Source: Anaerolineae bacterium
Lineage (GTDB): Bacteria; Chloroflexota; Anaerolineae; JAADDB01
DNA: 35,927 nt
Direction: 5' to 3'
NCBI GenBank assembly: GCA_015489285.1
Contig: WGAA01000230.1
Coordinates: forward strand, 1 to 35,927
In this document: positions 7,893-15,388 of the stretch, one piece after another
Layout of the letters: the number at the start of each line of letters is the position of its first letter
Position numbering within the stretch: the stretch's first letter is position 1
The notes under the pieces: model-generated
Told to the model about the DNA's origin: nothing
Database searches by the model: none
The model's input: only the letters and a program-made list of their open reading frames with translations
Made by a program: the position numbers and the translations under genes

Positions 7893-9388
7893 TGACCTTA
7901 CGGGAGCACACCATGAACACGGGTAACGTATCTCCGCCGGATAAGCGTCACCTGGGCTACGCGGAACAAGTCCTCGTCCTGCGTCATCGTATCTGGTCCC
8001 GTCTACGACAACACAAGGGCTTCTCCCCGGCCTCGGTCGAAAGTGTCGCCGCCTGTCTCAACCTCATTATGGACGTGCATCAACTGGAGTACCTGGATAA
8101 GCTGTTAGATCAAGTCAACGGTAAAATCAGCGTCCAGCAATTCATCGACACCGTCCTTCGCATCTCCGCGGAAACGCCCCGTCTTCTCAAGAACATCCAG
8201 TTGCCCCCTTCCCCGTTGACCCCGGAAGCCATCGAGAAACTCCTGGCCGAGGAGGATGTGGAGCAGCTCAGACATTTCCTCCGGCAGACCCTCATTCTCA
8301 TCAGCGAGGGATGCACCCTCCTCACCCTCATCAAACGGGGCGACATCTTACAGCGAACCGTCAACACGGCCTGCCAACTGGTGCAAGGTACCATTGGTCT
8401 CGCCTTAGCCATCGGAGAGGGAACGTGCGTGGACCTCGCCACCTGTGGCACGTCGAATCACGTGGAAATCCCTCCCACCCTCGTCCAGGACCTCCTGCCC
8501 CTTCTCGATACCAAAGGGCCGGCACATGTGAGCCGGCCGGAACGTCTTCCTCAACTCCTGCTGGACATCCTCCGGTACGACGAAACCCAGCAGCTCATCA
8601 GCGTCCCCTTGTGGTACCGGGGGAATCCCCGGGGGTACGTCCTTGTCAACGTTCCTGGGGACATTCCCGTACACGAAGAGGATCTCTACATGCTGGCCGC
8701 GCTGGCCCGCCAGGCCTCCTTTGCCCTGGAAAACCTGACCCTTCACTCCCGGGTCGAGGAGCTGGGGCGGATGGAGGAGCGACAACGCATCGCTCAGGAC
8801 CTCCACGACACCGTCGCCCAGTTGCTTTTCGTCATCGGCATGGAAGCGGAGAGCCTCCTGCACGCCATTCCCGAGGATTCCCCCCTGCACCGGCGGGCAT
8901 TGCGCATCCGGCGCATCACCTCCCGGGCCAGCAATGAGCTCCGCTCCGCCATCGCGGCCCTGCGGTCCTACCCCGTCTCCGGGGAGAACACCCTGGCGGA
9001 CGCGCTCCAGCAGACGGCGGAAGAGTGGGAGCGCCTCTCCAAGCTGGACGTCACCCTCGTGCTCCCCTCCCAATGGCCCACCCTGTCCGGCCGGGCCGCG
9101 AGGGCCATCTACCGTGTGGTCCGGGAAGCCCTCATCAACGTGCAGAAACACGCCCACGCTACAGCCGTCGTCATCAGCGTTACCCCCTTCCCCAACCGGC
9201 TGGTCGTCACCGTCCAGGACAACGGCGTTGGCTTCCCCACACACATCTTCCAACTCCTGGAAAGTGACGTGAACTTCGGCCTGAGGACGATGGAACATCT
9301 GGCCGAGGCCGTAGGGGGATACCTGGAACTTTCCAACGGAGAGGATGGCGGGGCGGTGGTGCGCCTTGTGTTGCCTCTGCCCGCGTGA
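7892..9388 (+). CDS. Cytoplasmic sensor histidine kinase (N-terminal sensory region with possible GAF-like fold, HisKA_3, HATPase_c)
   Basis: H-box EERQRIAQDLHDTVAQ, N-box REALINVQKHAHA, G-box VQDNGVGF. No hydrophobic TM segment seen. GTG 7892 overlaps the regulator stop (TAGTG); alternative ATG at 7913. Confidence 0.85.
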   Translation: MTLREHTMNTGNVSPPDKRHLGYAEQVLVLRHRIWSRLRQHKGFSPASVESVAACLNLIMDVHQLEYLDKLLDQVNGKISVQQFIDTVLRISAETPRLLKNIQLPPSPLTPEAIEKLLAEEDVEQLRHFLRQTLILISEGCTLLTLIKRGDILQRTVNTACQLVQGTIGLALAIGEGTCVDLATCGTSNHVEIPPTLVQDLLPLLDTKGPAHVSRPERLPQLLLDILRYDETQQLISVPLWYRGNPRGYVLVNVPGDIPVHEEDLYMLAALARQASFALENLTLHSRVEELGRMEERQRIAQDLHDTVAQLLFVIGMEAESLLHAIPEDSPLHRRALRIRRITSRASNELRSAIAALRSYPVSGENTLADALQQTAEEWERLSKLDVTLVLPSQWPTLSGRAARAIYRVVREALINVQKHAHATAVVISVTPFPNRLVVTVQDNGVGFPTHIFQLLESDVNFGLRTMEHLAEAVGGYLELSNGEDGGAVVRLVLPLPA

Positions 9389-9417
9389 TATCCTCGTAAG
9401 AACGTACGGAGGTCGCC

Positions 9418-10197
9418 ATGCTTTTGGCCGTTGACATCGGGAACAGCGAAGTGACCCTGGGCGTCCACGACGGGACGCGGTGGATTGCCCGCTGGCGCTT
9501 GCGGTCCGTGGTACACGCCACGGCCGATGAATACGCGCTGTGGATCAAAGGCCTCTTCCGCGAGGCCGACATCCCCCTATCCCGGATACGAGGCGTTAGC
9601 CTGGCCAGCGTCGTCCCACCCCTCACCGACACCCTGGGTGAGGTCCTCGAGACCCACTTCGACGCGCCCATGCTCATCGTCAACGCGCACACCCCCATGC
9701 CCATCCGCATCGCCATTGACAAGCCTGAGGAGGTCGGCGCGGATCTCATCGCCAACGTGGTGGCCGCATATCACCGCCTGCGCGCGGCGCACATTGTCGT
9801 CAGTCTGGGGACGGCCACCGTCCTCACCGCGGTCAACGCGCGAGGGGAATTCCTCGGGGCAGCCATTGCCCCGGGATTGCGCATGGCAGCCGCCATCCTC
9901 GCCGAGCGCACGGCTCAGCTTCCGGGCATCCAACTTCAGGCTCCAAGCGCGGCCATCGGCCGAAACACCGTCCAGGCCATGCAAAGCGGCCTCATCCTCG
10001 GCTATGTGGGCCTTATCGAAGGGCTCGTTGCCCGATTCCGGGAGGAAATGGGGACACCCGCCCCTGTCATTGCTACCGGAGGACTCGCCGGTCTCATCGC
10101 CCCACACACCCTCGTCATCGAGCAAGTGGACCCCTGGCTGACGCTGGAGGGTCTACGCCTTCTCGCCGAATACAACCACCTCATTTCGGACAACTGA
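9418..10197 (+). CDS. coaX: Type III pantothenate kinase
   Basis: MLLAVDIGNSEVTLGV N-terminus, C-terminal ATGGLA, ~259 aa. RBS ACGGAGG. Confidence 0.9.
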   Translation: MLLAVDIGNSEVTLGVHDGTRWIARWRLRSVVHATADEYALWIKGLFREADIPLSRIRGVSLASVVPPLTDTLGEVLETHFDAPMLIVNAHTPMPIRIAIDKPEEVGADLIANVVAAYHRLRAAHIVVSLGTATVLTAVNARGEFLGAAIAPGLRMAAAILAERTAQLPGIQLQAPSAAIGRNTVQAMQSGLILGYVGLIEGLVARFREEMGTPAPVIATGGLAGLIAPHTLVIEQVDPWLTLEGLRLLAEYNHLISDN

Positions 10198-10428
10198 AGA
10201 TCCCCGCCATCTCCCCCGGTTTACTCCGTCCTTCCCCCTTCATAACCTCAGGCGATAATCCCTTATTCCGAACTCCGATAAAGAAGTATGTCCCAAATCA
10301 TATCCACTAATAAGAACCCGGGCTTACACTGGTAACAAAATCCACATGTACAAGACGATTGCCTTCCGGACGAGAAAGGCGCTCTGCCCCTCTCGGCCGG
10401 TTCATTATTCTGACCAAGGAGGTCCACA

Positions 10429-11886
10429 GTGAAGCGACGGCATCTATGGGTGTTCGGAGCTGTACTCTTACTCCTCGTGGTCATCGTTCCCATCGCCTAC
10501 AGCCTTCCTCGCGAACGCCCTCCCGACGATCCTCAACGCTACCTGCAACGTCATCCCGTTCCCCTCAATCACAGCAACCTCATTCAAGGCCCCTTCAAAA
10601 CGCCGCAAGACGTGACCAAGGAATGTCTCCGGTGCCATCCGGACGCGGCAAAGGAGGTCATGCAAACGACCCACTGGACGTGGGAGGGCAAACCGGTGAA
10701 AGTGCCCTGGCGAGACGAACCGGTGACCATCGGCAAGAAGAACCAGATCAACAACTTCTGTATCAGTATCATGGGGAACCAGCACACCTGTACCACGTGC
10801 CACGCGGGGTACGGGTGGAGCGAGGACAAGCCCTTCGACTTCTCCAACCCGTACAATGTGGACTGTCTGGCCTGTCACGCGGACATGAGCGTCTATGCCA
10901 AGGGGTTCTCCGGCCTCCCGGCCAAGGGGGTCGACCTGCTGGCTGCGGCCAAGAGTGTTCACAACCCCAAGCGGGAGAACTGCGGTAAATGCCACTTCAA
11001 CGGCGGAGGCGGCAACAACGTCAAACACGGTGACTTGGACCAAAGCCTGCTCCTCCCGCCGCCGGAGCTGGACGTACACATGGGGCGCCTGGACTTCCAG
11101 TGCACGGACTGCCACAGGACCCAACATCACCGCATCAAGGGCCGTCTCCTCGCCGACAACTACACCATCCCCTATGAGGAGCAGGTCCACTGCACCGATT
11201 GCCACAGCCAGAGACCTCACGAGGACGATCGGTTGAACTTCCACACGAAGAGTGTGGCCTGCCAGACGTGCCACATCCCGGAGATGGCTCCCAAGGACCC
11301 CACGAAAATCTTCTGGGATTGGTCTAAAGCGGGCCAGGATCGTCCCGAGGACCATTACACTTACCTGAAGATCAAGGGCGAATTCATCTACAAGCGCCAC
11401 GTCAAACCGGTTTACCGCTGGTTCAACGGCAACAACAAGTACCGCTACATCCTCGGCGACCGCATCGATCCCACGAAACCGACGATTATCGACGAACCGG
11501 CCGGAAAGATCACCGACCCCACCGCGAAGATCTTCCCCTTCAAGATCCACGTGGCCATCCAGCCCTACGACAAGGAGTACAAGTACTTGCTCGCGCCCAT
11601 CACCTCCGGTCCCGGCGGGTTCTGGCACGATTTCGATTGGGATAAGGCCTTCCGCCTGGCCGAACCCATCACCGGGTTGAAGTACAGCGGCAAGTACGGC
11701 TGGACCGAAACGTGGATGTTCTGGCCAACCACACATATGGTTCGACCCGCGAAAGAGGCCCTACAGTGCGAGGACTGCCACGGCCCCAAGGGACGTCTGG
11801 ATTGGAAGGCTCTGGGATATCCGGGCGACCCGAAGGAGTGGGGGGGCCGTTTCCAGCTGAACTTAGTCCCGGAGGGAGAGAAATAG
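10429..11886 (+). CDS. Octaheme c-type cytochrome, tetrathionate-reductase (Otr) family-like
   Basis: Eight CxxCH motifs (CLRCH, CTTCH, CLACH, CGKCH, CTDCH, CTDCH, CQTCH, CEDCH). N-terminal signal/anchor. CHAGYGW and CGKCHFNGGGGNNVKHGDL resemble the Shewanella Otr family as I recall it. GTG start after AAGGAGG. Confidence 0.75.
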   Translation: MKRRHLWVFGAVLLLLVVIVPIAYSLPRERPPDDPQRYLQRHPVPLNHSNLIQGPFKTPQDVTKECLRCHPDAAKEVMQTTHWTWEGKPVKVPWRDEPVTIGKKNQINNFCISIMGNQHTCTTCHAGYGWSEDKPFDFSNPYNVDCLACHADMSVYAKGFSGLPAKGVDLLAAAKSVHNPKRENCGKCHFNGGGGNNVKHGDLDQSLLLPPPELDVHMGRLDFQCTDCHRTQHHRIKGRLLADNYTIPYEEQVHCTDCHSQRPHEDDRLNFHTKSVACQTCHIPEMAPKDPTKIFWDWSKAGQDRPEDHYTYLKIKGEFIYKRHVKPVYRWFNGNNKYRYILGDRIDPTKPTIIDEPAGKITDPTAKIFPFKIHVAIQPYDKEYKYLLAPITSGPGGFWHDFDWDKAFRLAEPITGLKYSGKYGWTETWMFWPTTHMVRPAKEALQCEDCHGPKGRLDWKALGYPGDPKEWGGRFQLNLVPEGEK

Positions 11887-11889
11887 GCC

Positions 11890-14775
11890 ATGACGAATCT
11901 ACGATCTTTCTCACTGCGCACGGGCATATTCTTGACCATCCTGTCGGCCCTGGTCCTGGGCCTCATCTGGGGATTTCCCTACGTCCGGGCCCAGACGGGG
12001 GTCCCTCCTCTCGAGACGGTGACCATTGAGCTCCCACCCAAAGGTTCACCCATGCACCCGCCGTTCCCCATCCTGGACGCGAACGGCGAGCACGTCCTCA
12101 AAAGCGGTCGACCCATGTCCACCATGCGCACGTGCGGCCAATGTCACGATACAAACTTCATCGCCACCCACAGCTACCATGTGGACATGGGCCTTTCGGA
12201 TATACTGCACCGACGCACACCGGCCTCGGGAGAACCGTGGGATGTCTCCAACGGCCCCTTTGGCCGCTGGGATCCCCTGTTCTACAGGTACCTCTCCCAG
12301 CCCGGGGATGAGCGCCTCGACCTGAGCACGGCCGAGTGGATAATGACCCAGGGGATATACCATCCGGGGGGCGGCCCGGCCGAAATCTCCCGGGAGGGAC
12401 AACTGCTGACCCAACTGGAGCCGGACCCCACCCACCCGGAAACGGCCATCCTGGACGCGACCACAGGCCAGGCCAAGCCCTGGGATTGGCGCCGTTCGGG
12501 CACGGTGGAGGTCAACTGCATCCTCTGCCACACGCCCAACCCCAATAACCAGGCACGCATCCAGGCCCTGAAAGAGGGGGCCTTCGCCTGGGCGAACACG
12601 GCCACACTCCTGGGCACGGGCATCGTGGATAAGACCGCGGACGGCTGGCACTGGAATCCCAACGCCTTTGGTCCCGACGGCAAGCTGAAGAAGGCCTTCG
12701 TGACCATCCAGGAACCGTCGAACAAGAACTGTGCCGCCTGCCACGGTCCGGTGCACACCGACCCCAGCCAACCTGCCGTTGTGACCGAACTCAATCCGCA
12801 AACGGCCACCGTGGGCCAGGTGTTCTCCGGACAACGCATCTCCAAATCGGGCATGAACATCCAGGGGAAGGAAAAGCTCACCCGGCCCTGGGACGTCCAC
12901 ATGGACCGAGGACTTTCCTGTGTGGACTGCCACTTTGCCCTGAACAACCCGGCCCAGGCGTGGGAGAAACGGGAAAATCGGCCGCACACCCTCGTGTACG
13001 ATCCGCGGCGTCTGGACATCGGCGACTACCTCAAAACCCCCGTCCACGACTTCGCCCGGGGCGAGACGGCCCAACACCCCCTCGATCCCAAGAGCAAGGG
13101 GACGATGCGGCGGTGTGAGGATTGCCACGATGCCAAACGGGTCCACACAGGTGTGCTCCCGTACGCCAACCGGCACCTGAGCGTTCTGGCCTGTGAAACG
13201 TGCCACATCCCCAAACTGTACGCCCCGGCCATCGAGGCCTACGACTGGACCGTCCTCATGCCCGACAAATCCCCGCGGGTCGTTTACCGGGGGATGGACG
13301 GCCCGGCCCCCATGCCCGGTGGAGACGTCCCGCCGACGGTGGCCAACCTCGTCACCGGTTACACCCCTGTGACCTTGTTACGGCACAACCGCACGGGGAT
13401 GCCCGAACTGACCACGCCGAACTGGCTCTACACCCTCATCGGCACCACGTCAAAAGGTGAACGCACCACCTCTAAGAGCGGTGGCGACTGGATAGCACCT
13501 TACAACCTGATTACCACCTGGTTCTGGGTGTACACCGATGCCAACGGACGGGTGCGCCCCGTTCGGCGCATCGACCTGGAGAAGGCCTGGTTCGACGGGG
13601 ATACCTACGCGGCGGACGTCGTAGCTCTCTTCGACGCGAACCGGGACGGACAACTGAGCCCCGACGAGCTCGTCCTGGACACCAAGGCAAAACGGGATCT
13701 CATCGCCCAACGCCTGGCTGCATTGGGCCTGAAGAACCCACACATCGAGGGGCGTGTTCGCCCGTACAGCGTAAGCCACGACGTCGCGGAGAAGGGGTGG
13801 GCCCTCGAAGAGTGCACGGCCTGCCATAACACCCAATCCCGTCTCACACGCCCCATGCAATTGGCCCCTTACGTGCCTGCGGGGGTCGAGCCCACCTTCG
13901 TCAAGGACACCAATGTGGTCAAGACGGGGCGCATGGTGAAGAAGGAAGATGGCCTCTACCTCCAACCCGACCCCAAGGACTACGGCCTCTACATCTTCGG
14001 CCATGACCGAATCCCCATCATCGACTGGTTTGGGTTCCTCCTCTTCGTCGGCGTCATTCTGGGCGTGAGCGGCCATGCGGCCCTGCGCATCTACGCGGCA
14101 AAGCGGCGGAAACATGCCCACGCCGGCTCGGTGGAAGAGGTCTACCTCTACACGCCCTTCGAGCGATTCTGGCACTGGCTCCAGGCGACGACCATCGGCT
14201 TACTGCTGGTCACCGGGTTGCTCATCCACCGTCCGGACTTCTGGCCGGCCCTGAGCAACTACCGTTACCTCGTCCCCATTCACAACGTCTCCGCGGCCCT
14301 GCTCATCCTGGATGCCTCCCTCTCCCTCTTCTACCACCTGACCACAGGGGCCATCCGGGAGTTCATCCCCAAGCCGCGGGGCTTCTTCGACCAAGCCATA
14401 CAACAGGTCCGTTATTACACCTACGGCATCTTCCGGGGTGAGCCGCACCCCTTCGAGAAGGTGCCCGGACGCAAATTGAACCCGTTACAGCAGGTCACCT
14501 ACTTTGGGCTCCTCAACGTCCTGCTGCCCTTGCAAATGCTCACCGGTCTCCTCATGTGGGGAGAGCAGTATTGGCCCGACGCCATACAGAAGATCGGCGG
14601 GCTCCACACGCTGGCGCCCATCCACTCCCTGGTGGCGTGGCTCTTCGCCTCCTTCGTCGTGGGCCACGTGTACCTCACAACGACCGGCCTGACACCACTG
14701 GAGGACATCCGGGGAATGATCACCGGTTGGGAACGGATAGAGGTGCCCGAGGGCAAGGGAAGCCATGAAGCGTAA
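11890..14775 (+). CDS. Fusion protein: periplasmic heptaheme cytochrome c domain + extra TM + C-terminal FdnI/HydC-type diheme cytochrome b (CbcL-like putative quinol dehydrogenase)
   Basis: Signal peptide. Seven CxxCH (Cys 82, 210, 281, 344, 409, 435, 642). TM at ~aa 712-735. Then four His-bearing helices (FERFWHWLQATTIGLLLVTGLLIH, VPIHNVSAALLIL..FYH, QQVTYFGLLNVLLPLQMLTGLLMW, APIHSLVAWLFASFVVGHVYL) typical of PF01292-type b cytochromes. Starts 3 nt after the octaheme gene. Confidence 0.8.
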   Translation: MTNLRSFSLRTGIFLTILSALVLGLIWGFPYVRAQTGVPPLETVTIELPPKGSPMHPPFPILDANGEHVLKSGRPMSTMRTCGQCHDTNFIATHSYHVDMGLSDILHRRTPASGEPWDVSNGPFGRWDPLFYRYLSQPGDERLDLSTAEWIMTQGIYHPGGGPAEISREGQLLTQLEPDPTHPETAILDATTGQAKPWDWRRSGTVEVNCILCHTPNPNNQARIQALKEGAFAWANTATLLGTGIVDKTADGWHWNPNAFGPDGKLKKAFVTIQEPSNKNCAACHGPVHTDPSQPAVVTELNPQTATVGQVFSGQRISKSGMNIQGKEKLTRPWDVHMDRGLSCVDCHFALNNPAQAWEKRENRPHTLVYDPRRLDIGDYLKTPVHDFARGETAQHPLDPKSKGTMRRCEDCHDAKRVHTGVLPYANRHLSVLACETCHIPKLYAPAIEAYDWTVLMPDKSPRVVYRGMDGPAPMPGGDVPPTVANLVTGYTPVTLLRHNRTGMPELTTPNWLYTLIGTTSKGERTTSKSGGDWIAPYNLITTWFWVYTDANGRVRPVRRIDLEKAWFDGDTYAADVVALFDANRDGQLSPDELVLDTKAKRDLIAQRLAALGLKNPHIEGRVRPYSVSHDVAEKGWALEECTACHNTQSRLTRPMQLAPYVPAGVEPTFVKDTNVVKTGRMVKKEDGLYLQPDPKDYGLYIFGHDRIPIIDWFGFLLFVGVILGVSGHAALRIYAAKRRKHAHAGSVEEVYLYTPFERFWHWLQATTIGLLLVTGLLIHRPDFWPALSNYRYLVPIHNVSAALLILDASLSLFYHLTTGAIREFIPKPRGFFDQAIQQVRYYTYGIFRGEPHPFEKVPGRKLNPLQQVTYFGLLNVLLPLQMLTGLLMWGEQYWPDAIQKIGGLHTLAPIHSLVAWLFASFVVGHVYLTTTGLTPLEDIRGMITGWERIEVPEGKGSHEA

Positions 14776-14809
14776 CCGAGATACGTCATCAGCCATTGGA
14801 GGTGGTTCA

Positions 14810-15367
14810 ATGAAAGGAGAACAGGCACATCGCGAGGCGCGAGGGTGGTTCAATCGGCCCACGAAACCGTACACATACCCCTACTGGGGTGGGATCTTGC
14901 TGGGGATCGTCCTCTTCCTGGCCTTCCTCATCCCGGGAACGGGGCTGGGAGCGTCGGGGGCTCTGGCCGCGGTGGGCGCGTTCATCGTCGACATCATCGC
15001 TCCGGGCCACGTGGACCGGACGCCCATTTTGGCCCACCTGGCCGGTGGCCACAAGAATCCCTTTTCCAGCTGGCTCATCCCCCTGGTCATTGGGATGATT
15101 ATCGGAGGCTTCGTCTCCGGTGTCATCGGCGGACGGGCCAAGTGGGAGACGACTCGCGGTCCTCGCATTTCCGATAAGACCCGCTGGGTCCTCGCGTTCG
15201 TGGGCGGCTTCATCTTCGTCTACGGGGCTCGGATGGCCCGAGGGTGTACGTCGGGCCAAGCACTGACGGGTGGGGCCGTCCTCTCCGCGGGGAGCTGGGC
15301 GATTATGATGGCCATCTTTGCAGGGGCGTACGCGCTGGCGTACTTCCTGCGCAACGTGTGGAATTAA
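14810..15367 (+). CDS. YeeE/YedE-family sulfur-compound transporter, half-size subunit A
   Basis: ARMARGCTSGQALTGG motif and multiple Gly-rich TM helices. ATG 14810 after GGAGGTGG; alternative ATG at 14765 overlaps the upstream stop. Confidence 0.8.
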   Translation: MKGEQAHREARGWFNRPTKPYTYPYWGGILLGIVLFLAFLIPGTGLGASGALAAVGAFIVDIIAPGHVDRTPILAHLAGGHKNPFSSWLIPLVIGMIIGGFVSGVIGGRAKWETTRGPRISDKTRWVLAFVGGFIFVYGARMARGCTSGQALTGGAVLSAGSWAIMMAIFAGAYALAYFLRNVWN

Positions 15368-15388
15368 CCGGCTCGTGAGGAGGCAGCT

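Noticed and set aside
10468-13206. 422-aa and 386-aa minus-strand ORFs opposite the two cytochrome genes
   Set aside because: The plus-strand frames carry 8 and 7 CxxCH motifs plus signal peptides. The antisense frames have no motifs and a biased composition.
14798-14855. Duplicated GGTGGTTCAAT motif reminiscent of a tRNA T-arm
   Set aside because: No acceptor stem or anticodon arm can be drawn around either copy. Both lie at the RBS and 5' coding region of the first YeeE gene.
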